Shown here: one piece after another, positions 13,195-24,957 of the stretch
Position numbering within the stretch: position 1 is the first letter of the stretch
How the letters are laid out: each line of letters opens with the position of its first letter
Source: Psilocybe cubensis
Taxonomy: Eukaryota
Assembly: GCA_017499595.2 (NCBI GenBank)
Contig: CM039008.1
Location: 1,736,001-1,800,000 of the forward strand
DNA: 64,000 nucleotides
Direction: 5' to 3'
Program-made: the position numbers and the translations under genes
Notes under the pieces: generated by a model
What the model saw: only the letters and a program-made list of their open reading frames with translations
Told to the model about the DNA's origin: nothing
Databases searched by the model: none

Positions 13195-13356
13195 AAGATA
13201 GAATGGTTTTTTCTCCTCGTCGGACATGCTTTTCCATACTTTTCCGGCTTGCTTGCTGAGCTCGTGTTGCTGGACCTCCCTGGGTGCGCGCATACAATTG
13301 ACATACCACGAGAATGCATTGGCGTTTGGGTGCGGTATGGGTGGTGATGAGTTCAT
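13195..13356 (-). pseudogene. Truncated HMG-box fragment
   Basis: IPHPNANAFSWYV...QQHELSKQAGKVWKSMSDEEKKPFY corresponds to HMG helices 1-2 and the start of helix 3; the rest of helix 3 is not present. Confidence 0.6.
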
Positions 13357-14818
13357 GCACTAAAATATAGAGCGGGTCTGTAGGGTGTAGCTTTGGACGT
13401 TTATTTTGAAGCACAAACAAAAAAGAGACTCACTCATAACAAATACGGGGGCCTGCGGGATGACAATAAATTGTATCACGCACTATTCTGAAGAAACGTG
13501 TCCCTTCAAATCAATCCACATTGTATAGCTGAGAGTGCCAGTGTTAGCAAAATATCACTGTACAAGAAAAGTTATAAATCCATCTCCTTCCACTGTTTAC
13601 CGGAAGTCAAAAAATCAAGTTATATGCTATGTACTTAGTGAAAACGTTACCTTCGACTTCAAGAAAAAGGAAAATAGATACACGTAGACCTTTAAGACAA
13701 TGATAAGGAGTTGAAATGGATACACTCAGATTGTGTTATGTCGCTACGAAACTCACTGAAAAAGCGACTCACCACTCACTATACCTTGGCATTGATTAAT
13801 AAGCGGTCACTTCTCAGTGAGTCACTTACTGTTGAGTGACTCACTAAGTGACTTATATATAATACATTTTATGAATTTGAAAATATTCTTTTGCACAAAA
13901 AATATCGGCAGAATATATGATTGAAAATTCTCCAAAATACTTGACAGAAACATAACGTATATCTAATTTAAAAGTTGTGACAAAAGCGTCACGAATTTAT
14001 CTAAAAAATACGAATCAATATTCTTTTTATATACTATTACATATATTAGTACAAAATATCACCAGTAAAGTCGAAAATTATAGGTTGAAAATACATTTTG
14101 TATATGATACTTTTTTTGAGGCAATATATAAAACATATTTGGCAACAAAATATCAATTTTTAAACACGAAACATGTTTCTAATTCGTATATTTTCGTCAT
14201 ATACGGATAGCTGCCAGCAGTGTTAGCACAGTTGAACGTCGATTTATATATTCGAGCGTCGGACCTTTTCTGGAACGAGTCAGAAATTTGATGACGTGCT
14301 ATTACCACGGAATCAAGTGAAAAAGTTGCAAAGAGTTCAACGTTCACAGTTCGGTTCTCGAGTGACTTTAAATCTTGATTTAACTCAATCCTTCTTGTCA
14401 CGATTGTTTACAGATTTTGAAGAACCACGGACGAATCGTTGGTATTAGCCCCTGACGCTAAAAATAAATTGAACAGTCCGTGCTCTTCGTCTGTGGATAT
14501 ACATGATGTTAGACTGTTGAAGCTAGAAAGCTATAAAGACTTGATGGCTTTTGAAAGATGCTGAATTGGTATAGTTTGCCCTTGGCCGTCCTTGGATGAG
14601 GTTCGTCTAGACTGGAAAAACGACTGGCCAACGAGAGTATTAGGTGATCACTCCCATACTTTATGATCATGACCGTGATGGGTTGAGTAATTGTAGTGCG
14701 TGGTTTGGTATCTTCTACGGGAAGAAGATTCATGGAGCGTCCAATGCAACCGGCATAATCTCTAAATATCGCATAGTATAAAGGAGGAGGGAGTTGAATG
14801 CGATTGCACGCTCAATAA

Positions 14819-15809
14819 TTATGATCTGGGGATTGGTCGTAGTTCTTTCTCGGCCACATGATTATCTTCTATACCTGCGTGCTTGGCCCATAAATTTTTT
14901 TGCTCTTCTTTTGAAAGCCCCATTCTACCCCGCCAATGAGAGAGAAATGTTGGAGGAGCAGTTGAATCCAAAGGTTTAACGCCCTTTCTAAGCGATTCGA
15001 GTGCTTGATTAATGAGTGAAGGAGCGTCGTCGGGTTTGACTATTCCAAGCCTTCGAACCACGTTCAATTTGACAATTTGACGTTATATACAGGCAAGACG
15101 TACCATTCACCCTGTGGGTATATCAGTACGTTCGCTGCATATCTGCATATGGAGTCGTTATTTTTGTTAGGTGAATGAAAAATTGCAAAGCTCACTTGTG
15201 TCCACCAACATGGCCTACTTCCCCAATCCTGATATTGCGAGCGATAGGTTCCCTTTGCCGAGCATCGTTCACCGCTTTTACCAAAGCATTATACACCTGT
15301 TTTCCGCGCTCTCCACACCGACAGTCACGGACACCATGAGTACATACATAAATATGTATATCTGAACCCCCTTTCTCTCCCTCGGTAAGCAGTGAAGGCC
15401 CTTGGAGGTGTGTCTTGATGGTATCTTCGACCTGGTCAATGTTCTCAAGCGAGACATCGGGAATTTCAAGCTTTCCGCCTAGACGTGAAAATACAGTCGC
15501 TGGTTGTAGCCCTTTCTCGATCATCTGTGGAGCTGATCCGTCGTTGAACCAGGAGAAATTCACGATACCACCCCACCTCGTTGCACGCGCCTGTAGCTCG
15601 AGGGATACTGATGTTTTCTGAACCTTTGGAAATAGTTCTGGAGACTGCGACGCGTGTAGAAAAATGTAACATTGATGCTCTGGAGCTGTTCCTTCTAGCC
15701 TTCCTTCATAATACTCCGGTGGTTTGGAAATTTCGGTTCTTCTCGTTAGAAATGTTCGACAGTGTCGCATAGTTGGTTTACGGGGTCTACCGAGTATACA
15801 GGAGAGCAT
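14819..15809 (-). CDS. Sucrase/ferredoxin-like thioredoxin-fold 2Fe-2S protein (Aim32/Apd1 family), 3 exons
   Basis: YVCTHGVRDCRCG and HVGGHK/YAANVLIYP motifs (C-x8-C...H-x-G-G-H), C-terminal HWRGRMGL; Arg-rich N-terminus resembling a mitochondrial presequence. Confidence 0.9.
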
Positions 15810-16370
15810 GACTTAGTTCTATAATCCTGCTAGAAGTATCCAGCTGGAATTTGAAGGCGAAAAATGGGGGTGGGGTATATAAAGGAAACATATCGGCTGA
15901 AGACGTGCGCGTCACTTGGGCACATAACTTAGTACTGCTTAGTCATACTGTATTCGACATCCGTTGATCCGGTAACGGCATCCATCATGTACGATTGTGG
16001 TCCTACTGTGAATGGAACTTATTTTTTTCACTGTTCGAGGTAGAATCAGGGTGCGGTTACATATTTTAAGCAGATTGTGAACCTAATAGTTACTGAAAGT
16101 GGGATAATGGATATTAACCTGAACGCACTTCCCACCTCTCGTTAAAAGTCCGATAAGAGCTGACGTCAGACTTCAGCAGAAGTTCAACTTCCGACATCCA
16201 ATCCATACCAAATCCATATCAGTGTCTATGAAACATCTTTTTCCCTTAAGATTGTGTTTATATCTGATTCTGAGTGTAAGTGGTGATCCAAATTTGATTG
16301 ATTTCGATAATGAGTGACATTTTCACTTTCAGAAGTAGAACTGCGTAAATTGCCTCGGTGAACCCGTCGT

Positions 16371-16488
16371 TTCTCGAAATTTCTGGGAGGCGCTGGCATT
16401 TGCCGATGCATTTCTAGCATGCTCGAGCGACTTTGTAGAAGATGACTTCACCATGGCCACGCACGCAAGCACCTTGCGATTATAAAAG
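16371..16488 (+). promoter_or_regulatory. Heat-shock element plus TATA box of the Hsp20 gene
   Basis: TTCtcGAAatTTC at 16371-16383 is three alternating nGAAn units; TATAAAAG at 16481-16488, about 130 bp before the ATG. Confidence 0.8.
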
Positions 16489-16613
16489 GGGGATCCAGCC
16501 CGAGCATCCCTCAGAACACACCAAAGAACACCAAGTCATAACAACCCTTGCCATCCTCTCTTCAAACCTCAATCACATCTTCTAATTTCAACTTTACCCC
16601 TTCCCTCATCAAA

Positions 16614-17198
16614 ATGTCAAGCGTTTTCTTCTATGAGCCTTACTACGACATCGACCGCTTTTTCGAGGAAGCATTCTCTGGGCCCTTTTTGCGGCAGAGA
16701 CAGAGCTCCAACAATGGTGGCCAGAAGAACGTTGACGGCGCCGTGAGGTCGCTCAAGCCAAAGTATGTATTACTTTGATTTTATACGTGTTCAGTACCCG
16801 ATTTTGACATACGTTTTTTAGAATGGACCTCCATGAGGACAACGAGAAGAACCTCGTCACCGCTTCATTCGAATTTCCTGGAGTAACAAAGGATGACATT
16901 CAAATCGAAATGCATAACGGCAAGCTCACGGTCTCGGCTGAAACGAAGCAGTCCACTGAGCACGATGAGAACGGTTATGCTGTCCGAGAGCGACGATTTG
17001 GAAAATACTCCAGGACGTTACAACTGCCCCAGGGTGTAAAGGTATGTCGTTTTTCAGTGTCTTCTGTTAATCTGGAGACAGTTGCTTACATTTTTGCAGG
17101 ATGAACAGGTTACTGCTGCAATGAACAATGGGATCCTCACCATCACCTTCCCCAAGTCAACACCAGACCTAGCGCCCAAAAAAATCACCATATCATAG
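16614..17198 (+). CDS. Small heat-shock protein (Hsp20/alpha-crystallin), 3 exons
   Basis: MDLHED...FEFPGVTKDDIQI...ERRFGKYSRTLQLP...AAMNNGILTITFPK...PKKITIS*. Confidence 0.95.
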
Positions 17199-17753
17199 GC
17201 AGACTGTTTGGCGCATTGAATCCGCCTTGTTAGTATACAATGTAGCATAGTATTCTTTCATTTCCTCTTTCGTTGCACTGTAACATTACAATCAATTCAT
17301 AGTACTTTTCCTAATATCCTTCAAGTAATTGATGGTCCCATGAAGACAAGATTCGCTTGGAAAGCTGGACTACCGTGATTATGAAGTTCGATACTTTCTT
17401 AGATTCTAGGTAAAAACAGAGGCAGTTAAGCTCTAAGCTTTATGTAATGCGATTCATTGCTGTGTATCAACTCTCATGTGTAACATTTTGCTATGCAAAG
17501 GCTGAACGTGAAGCAGTGATTAAAGGTCTAATTATATCGCGATGATGGGTGATTTCCGGACATCCTAGTCAAATCCTAGTACGAGTCATCGCATCTTCAC
17601 ACATTAGCATTACCATGCAGAGAAAAGGAGGCTGTTGCTGCTGCTATGGTGGATAGATCCCAGAAGCAACGATTACAGTCTTCAGTGCATCTAAGTGCTG
17701 TTAAATTCCCTCTTTTACCACCCGAGCACCCCATAATCCTAATCGTCTACGAT

Positions 17754-18820
17754 ATGCCCATAACTGTAACCCTTGGTACACCTCAACGACGGCGCTGCGA
17801 GCAGTGCGAGAACTGTCTCAGTCACGTCGAAAACGATAATTGTTCACTATCGGTAAAAAATTGCAGCCGTCGACACATTCCCCTACTACTGACTTGCGCG
17901 AGATGCAAGGAGGTACGATATTGCGTAGGTTGTAATTATTAATTCCCAGTCGACTGTTCCTGAAAGTAGTGACGCCTGTATTGGTTTCAGTCTAGACAAT
18001 GCCAGAGGTCACATTGGAGCTCACATAAAGAACATTGCGAAACCAGTAGAAGAATTGCGATTGCCTTGAATATCCTAGGACCACGGGTTGAAAGAACTTT
18101 CAAAGCATTCGCTAAATTTTGTAAAACTCTGGGAGCCCATCTAGAATTGCCTGCCATCAGCGCCCTCAATCTCCGCTGGGGAAAGGAACGAGTCAGTGCG
18201 TCAATGCTTTCTATCTCCCGAAATACACCACCTAAGTATATTAATGCAAACCTGCAGACACTCATGTATTTTTCATCAGAATCAGAGCGAAGGAGACTAT
18301 TTTCAAACGGAACCATAAAGGAACTCGCGGTTGCATAACATTCAAATTATTAACCGCGGAATGTAAAACAATGGCAGAAATTCACGAAATTATGGATTGG
18401 CGTAATCCTTCCTGCGGCCCAGAAAAGACGGAAGTTACTATGGCCCACCGACCTGGTCTACTTCGCCTCTACATTATGGACGTTAGCGGTCTCCTACCGG
18501 CGCCACTAGACGGCTACACACTACCCACTGATATATCTCTCTGGCCAGACAGTTACTACAAAAGATATGACCCGAATTGGATGGAGAATCTCCTAAAAAG
18601 TATAGGGCAGCCAACGACTGGTCCATTGGCAGGGCAGGGAGATTTTTCAAACTCGATATTTACCGCGGGATGTGAAGAGGAAGAGGTACAGGTACCTCCT
18701 GCCCGACCCTCCAGCCCAGTCGAAAATGAATTTAACTTGAATGAGAACGATGTGTTTGCAAATACGGCATTAGACCTTGACGCACTTGGACTGGGGCTTG
18801 AATCCCAAAAAAATCCCTGA
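17754..18820 (+). CDS. MYND-type zinc-finger protein, 3 exons
   Basis: CEQC...CARCKEVRYC/SRQCQRSHWSSHKEHC; a second GTGCGT...CAG intron (~18196-18257) restores the frame through to the 18820 stop. Confidence 0.8.
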
Positions 18821-19065
18821 GAGGAGAAGGTTATGAATACGTGAAGGAGACTTCCCTAGGTAATATGCTGTCTGATTGTCACATGTATATCCTTGTCCCT
18901 GTATTGATAGTGCCCTGAATTTCGTTAAATATATGTTACTGAACATGGTGAATGCAGTCCAGGCCTTCCGAAAGAATGTAAAGAAAGGCTAAGGATCTCA
19001 CATCACACCTTTGATCTACACAACGAATTACGATGTTTGTTCTCTTCCAATCCCCGCCGCCTGCC

Positions 19066-19905
19066 TCAATAAACCGGATATGTGACAGTTTTGAGGTTAT
19101 TTTCGGCTCGTAGTTGGGAAGCATACTTGATAGCCACATATATTGACACTATCATGGCATTGTCAGAGAATCCAAGAGGATACCAGAGGCGTATGAGTGA
19201 CAACTTACAAACTTCTAGCATCCAAGCAAACTCAAAGGTGCCCAATGAAAGCGCTTTGACCAGCATTCCGTTATGGCACAAATTGTTCCATGCCGCAGTT
19301 GCGATTAAACGAGAACAACTTGCCACGCGCTCGAGGGAGGTAGTGTTCTGGAAAATGATATGGAGGCACATTGCGCCGGAGATTACACCGAAGATCAAAT
19401 GACCACAAAGAAGGGCTGCAAAGAGTTGCGGACGGGTGGTATGTGTATTGGTAATTGCAGCACAGATTCTGTTGGAGAAGTGAGCCAAGTTGATGAGTTG
19501 ATTTCTATTTAGCATATATGGAAGATAATAGCTGACTAATGTGGGAAAGGACATACCCAGCAATACCTGAGACCCCAAGAAACGTGAAGCTCATTATATG
19601 GAAGAAGATGACCAGGCGTTGATAATCCGTTATTACATGATCTGACCCAATATCAGTCAACAAGCAAAAGGAAAGCGCAGTGCGCACATAAATATAGTTT
19701 ACGGACCAAGCTTCTTCACCAAATAGTTGCCACCAACGCCCAAGAACGCCGAAATTAAGAGAATCAGGAAGGAGCACAGCCATACAGCAGTCCTAGCACG
19801 GATAATACGAAGAATATAGACGTGCTCTCTGTGTTCTGGCTCTGAATGTACCAAAGTGCTGGCTCCAGGAGAGAGAGGTTCGTCTGTCCAGTGCATGGAA
19901 GGCAT
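19066..19905 (-). CDS. Small four-TM membrane protein with two loop cysteines (tetraspan-like topology)
   Basis: Four hydrophobic segments spread over ORF pieces (AVWLCSFLILLISAFLGVGG; LVIFFHIMSFTFLGVSG; LFAALLCGHLIFGVISGAMCLHIIF; LSLGTFEFAWMLEV) joined by plausible introns. Exact junctions uncertain. Confidence 0.55.
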
Positions 19906-20725
19906 CGTTTAAACTCAGCAGGGACACTATCGTGGGATATATATATGAGTTCGTTGAGGGCCAGCCTACAATTAAGTCAAATGGATCAACCACCGAAGAA
20001 GTCAAAAGTATTCGAGAGAAGACGCTTCAGTGGGGAACAAGACCAGCTCGTTGCCGAAAGATCTTTTGGACGCTTTCCTTTTATATGGCGATCAGTGTCA
20101 CAGTTGATATATGGAGATGTCTAAAGGTGTATCCTTGGAGACCGTTTAAAGCCTGAGCTCGGAGAGACTGCGAGAGAGGCGACTCGAGGATGGAAGACGC
20201 AAGACTCAAGAGTGGCTACATAATGAACATAGGTGCCTGCTACCCGATTCTGGTTCCCTGAAGATGTGAAAAATAACCTGTCGATCCCTAAGGCTAGCCA
20301 AAAAGGTGTCGAGTGTATACGGACGAGATGGTTCGACGAAAAAAAACTCCTAAGAGAGATGCGCATCGTGGCGTTGTTTGTTGACGCGACCTTTGCCAAA
20401 CAACGCCTGTTCACGATCTGATCAGCCGAACTTTGAAGCCTGCAACGCTATACCAGCGTTGAAACGTTGACCCCCGCCCATCGTTGTTCTCAATAAACCC
20501 AATCGAAATCTGGGCTGCGAGAATACGAGGTATCCCGTTTTCATCTGCTTGTATCAGCTTGAATCTAATTTTGTGTATTTGTCAATGCTCGTGCTAGTAG
20601 TTAGCGTGTCGTCAGCTGGTCGTCAACCGCGCAACAACCGCGTCGAAGGACCGCCATTTCTTCTTTTTATGTATTGGGCGTAGAAAGCCTAGGTCTTCCT
20701 GAGAGTTTGACTAAAGTCATCGGCC

Positions 20726-23700
20726 ATGGCTTCAAAACCCTCGACGGCGCCATCGGAATCCTCGACGCGTTTCTCTCAGACAACGCGACGATCGTCGATA
20801 TTGGGCTCGTCAATGTCCTCCAATAGCCTATCAAAACCCAGAGCTGTTTCTAACGCATCAATGACCAGCGGTACTAGCACAATTCGTCCCAGCAAAGTAG
20901 GAACACCATCGCGCTCGCCCAATGCAACACCTGTTCCTGTACCGTCTGTCACCGCGAAGCGCATGGCCAGCTCTATACCATCACTCGGAAACAGCAAGCG
21001 TATCTCAGCACCCGTCCCCGCATTTCCTCGACTGGATCCAGGAAATTCGACCTCCCAAAGTGGAGGAGCGACACCTCGCAGAATGAACGAGCAATCGACT
21101 CCGTCATCTGTGACAGGTTCGATGAGGATGGCTCGTTCTACATCGATGTACATGACATCCTCGCCAATTCAATCTCCAAAAACCACCAAACTCCAACAAG
21201 AGGACACATTTTCCGTCAGCCGGCCTAGAGCGCGAATTACGTCCATGACGCCACCTCGTCGTACATCAGCCAATCACGTACCTACTTTGTCTACAAGCTC
21301 GCTTTCGAAGTCCCCGTCTTCAAGCTCTCTCCTCTCAGCTTCCCCCTCTATCAACCTAACCTCACCAAGCCCACAAAGACCCGCCAAAGTATCAGGCACA
21401 CCCCGCGCCACCCCTCCAAAATTCTCCCTCGGAAATAGTCCATCTAAACAGTCCTCCGCCACTCCAAAAGCCACTCCTAAGTCCACCCCTAAGAAGGTGC
21501 AACAAACTGAAAGTAGAGATTCTGACGTCTGGTCTTCTCCTCATCATCAAGCGCTTTTGGATGATACTTTGACGTTTGGGAACGGGAAGGTCTCTAGCAT
21601 CGGCACTGGAACGGCCGTTGCGACTGACGATGGGCTTGGAAATGCCTTTTGGGATGGCGACGATATGTCTCTTGAGATGGTCACGGATGTAAATGATGGC
21701 GATGTCGACGAAGAGGTACGTTTTATTAAATTGGTACAAAATCCAAAAGGCTGATAGCAATGATTGCTCAGATGGATACAGCTCTTCAGAACATCCTGCA
21801 AATGCATACTCGGAAAATACTGCATTATAAACGACTGCTTGAACGTGCACAAGCTTCCACGGCCGCACAACTACATGCTCTTCAAGCTCAAGTACGGGTC
21901 CTCCGTGAATCTGGGGCGTCTGGTGCTGGCGTGACTCATGTCAACCAGCTACTTGCCGATGCGGACGATGTCGGACTATGCGTTTGCGGTGGAAAGAAAC
22001 GCAAAGGATATTGGAGTGGATATAGAGATGATGAAGAATATGACGATGCAGGAGATCTTTCCAAGGCGTTGAGGGGTGATGGTAAAGGCCAGTTTAACGA
22101 GCTTGAGGTGAGAAAGGCCCTACGAGGGTTGGGAAGGGAGGAAAGAATGCGACTGTAAGGTTGAACTTCCTGCTCGCTGACTTCGTGATCTTAACTCCTA
22201 TGTTATTTTTTAGGATCGCTATAATTCTAGATTGTGCGATTCATATTTCTTATGTGAAACTTTGCATTCGTTTTGCTGATTCTCTTTTTGATAGCTTGCC
22301 TTCCTGGCGACATACGTCTCCAAATTCTGCTTTTAGAGAAATATGCCAAGTCAACATTCGATATTCTTGGGACACTTTCTCCAGACCTGGCTTTCAAGGT
22401 CCTCAAAAATCTTTCCGTAAAACAGCTACTCGCCATTGAACCTGTAAGCAAATCTCGACCATAAGAAAAATCGCTCACTGTTATGACCGACCGCCTATAG
22501 GTGTCCAAGAAATGGCAAGAAGCCGTTCATCACCCTGCCTTATGGAAATACCACTGCCTCAGGATCACCGAACACGACCCATCTCCTGTTGTGCCTCCAG
22601 CCAAACCAGAAGGCTGGTACGTATGCCTCAACCGCGCATTTATTTACATATTTGATACAACTTTTTGACTTGCTGTTACTCACAGGGAACCTCTATACCG
22701 CTCTTTACATCATCGCGAGTCCAATTTCCGCAATGCGCTTCCTCAGACCATCAGGTTCTTGAATGGACACACAAACTTTTGCACGACGCTGTTGTTACGT
22801 GGCAAACGCCTCATCAGCGGGAGTTACGATGAAACGATTCGCTTCTGGGATATTGAGACTGGAGAGATGAAGAAATGTTTGCAGGTCAAGAAACCTGTCA
22901 GCTGTGTTGACTTTTTGGCAGAGGAAGGTAAGCCATAAGTAATTTCGTTTTCTTTGGAACTTTCTCTGATTAGTTATGTGCAGAGGTTTTCGTGGTCGGC
23001 TTCCACGACGTGGGGTATGTTATCTTCTTCAGAATTCCCTGATATTATGCTGATTTTGTTCAACAGCCGAGTTCATCTCTTCTCGTCAGTGACCTTTACC
23101 CCTTTGCAGCAACTCGCAGGTCACCTCAACGGTATCCGCGCCGTTGCGTTATCATCAAAGAACCTTGTCTCTGCAGGGGCTGACAAAGCTCTCGTCTGCT
23201 GGGACTGGCGAGCAGGCACAAAAATTGTTCGTTTCGGGCAACAGACCACGATCAACATCGGTGTTCAGCTTATCGCTGGCGACCCTGGAAATGGAGCAAA
23301 CGATGAGGGCGAGAGGGTGGTCAGTGTAACCATTGATGGAATAGTTCGGGTCTTTTCTATCAGTGAGTGTGGTGGCATTTTGTCGGAGGGACAGAATTTG
23401 ATAGAGACTTCCAGAACGCCGTGAAATGATTTCACAGTTCAAGCTGTCAGAACTGGGAGGAGGCGATCCTGTGCTGAACTCGAAACTCTTCAACGTCGGC
23501 TCTGCACCAAATAACATGCTTCAGTATGTTAGACCTTTATATTGTCATATAGTTACTGATATTGTTAACAGATGGTTTGCTGCCAAAGGCACTCAGATGA
23601 CGGTACGGTTGATCGTTTAGCAAGCGCTTTTAATTTGCCCTAACAAATAAATCTGCAACAGTGCGCGACGAAATCCGTTATCTTACACTTGCAATGGAAC

Positions 23701-24697
23701 GAAGGGGAGGCAGCTCCAGTTTTATCACAATCTCTAACCTCCAGCTCGCCGGTGGCCTTGACTAGTAGCCAGGGTCCATTACGCAGCCGGACGGGTTCTG
23801 TGCTCGGACGATCCACAACATCGAACAGCATCTCTACCCCTCAACGTAGAATATCGTTGGCCACTTCTGCTTCAGGCAGCGTTTCAGCTGCAAACAAGTC
23901 ACGCCTGAGTGTCAGTGGATCGCGTACCCCCACTACACCACTCAGTCCATCCCCTGGCCCTGGCGGTTTCCCAGTAAGATTTGGCCGAGCAGCAATTCTG
24001 ACGGCTCCTCCCAAGTTGGTTGCTATAGTCGAAACACCGGATGTTGCTGTTGGAGCTGTCGACCCAAAGAAGCGACGCGTGGTCACTGCAACCCGCTTTA
24101 GTTCCAGAGCAGGGGCAGATAGGAGGGTGAGTGCAACATCCCTAGTATTTCATATGATATGAACGTTTTGAATTAATCGTTAATTCATTTTCTAGATCTT
24201 TATGTCGACACATCAGGATAAGGAGAAGACATCCATATCCGAGCATACAGAAAATGGCACTGGCGATAACAATGGAGACGAGCAGGACGATCAGGACGAT
24301 TTGAATTTCATCACGCAAATCGCGCCGTCCCCATCTGTTGACGTTGATACCCATATACAGCCTCTATCAGGCGCCTGGGGCGCGCTTGCTGATGTAACTT
24401 TGGGATCAACCGTCGGGGTGAAGGGACTGCTCGGCTCTTTACCACCCAAGTTTGGAGGCCTCGCGACACCAGAGAAGAACCCAATGTCGATGCAGCTCAG
24501 CCACGAGGAGGTCGTGGTGGGCTGTGCCGATGGTACGATTTAGTGAGTTAATTCCAGTTATTAGATGAAACCCTTGTGACTGATATTGGTGAAGTGTAAT
24601 GAACTTTGTTGGATACCAATATCAACTCGAACGCAAACCTATCATCGAAGACGAAGGCTTCGCTGATGCCGATAAAGACTATGATTCAGACTATTAA
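20726..24697 (+). CDS. F-box/WD40-repeat protein (SCF substrate adaptor) with a long disordered Ser/Pro N-terminus
   Basis: F-box [36 protein letters not shown] repeats [24 protein letters not shown] and [24 protein letters not shown]; many short introns and micro-exons; stop at 24695-24697. Confidence 0.9.
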
Positions 24698-24957
24698 ATG
24701 GAATGGAAATGGGGCTATTAATTCTGCGCTGTTCTCAGTATGTTTTATTATGACACTATGCAATATTTTAATAATCCTAGAGTGAAACGACATTACGAAT
24801 GGTTGTGACAGGGTTGAATAAGTGTGATGGAACTTTTTTATCTTCTATGCCGACGACAATATCCACCATGGTACACATTGCTAATTATTCAATCTATTAG
24901 GTTGATATCTTGTCCACAACCGTTATCGCCCAAGAACCTAAACATTCATGCCCACTT

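Noticed and set aside
13806-13870. Hairpin as a Helitron 3' end
   Set aside because: No CTRR terminus at the expected distance after the hairpin, and no matching 5' TC end identified.
18336-18371. Apparent stop and frameshift in the MYND gene
   Set aside because: A GTGCGT...CAG intron at ~18196-18257 restores one continuous frame.
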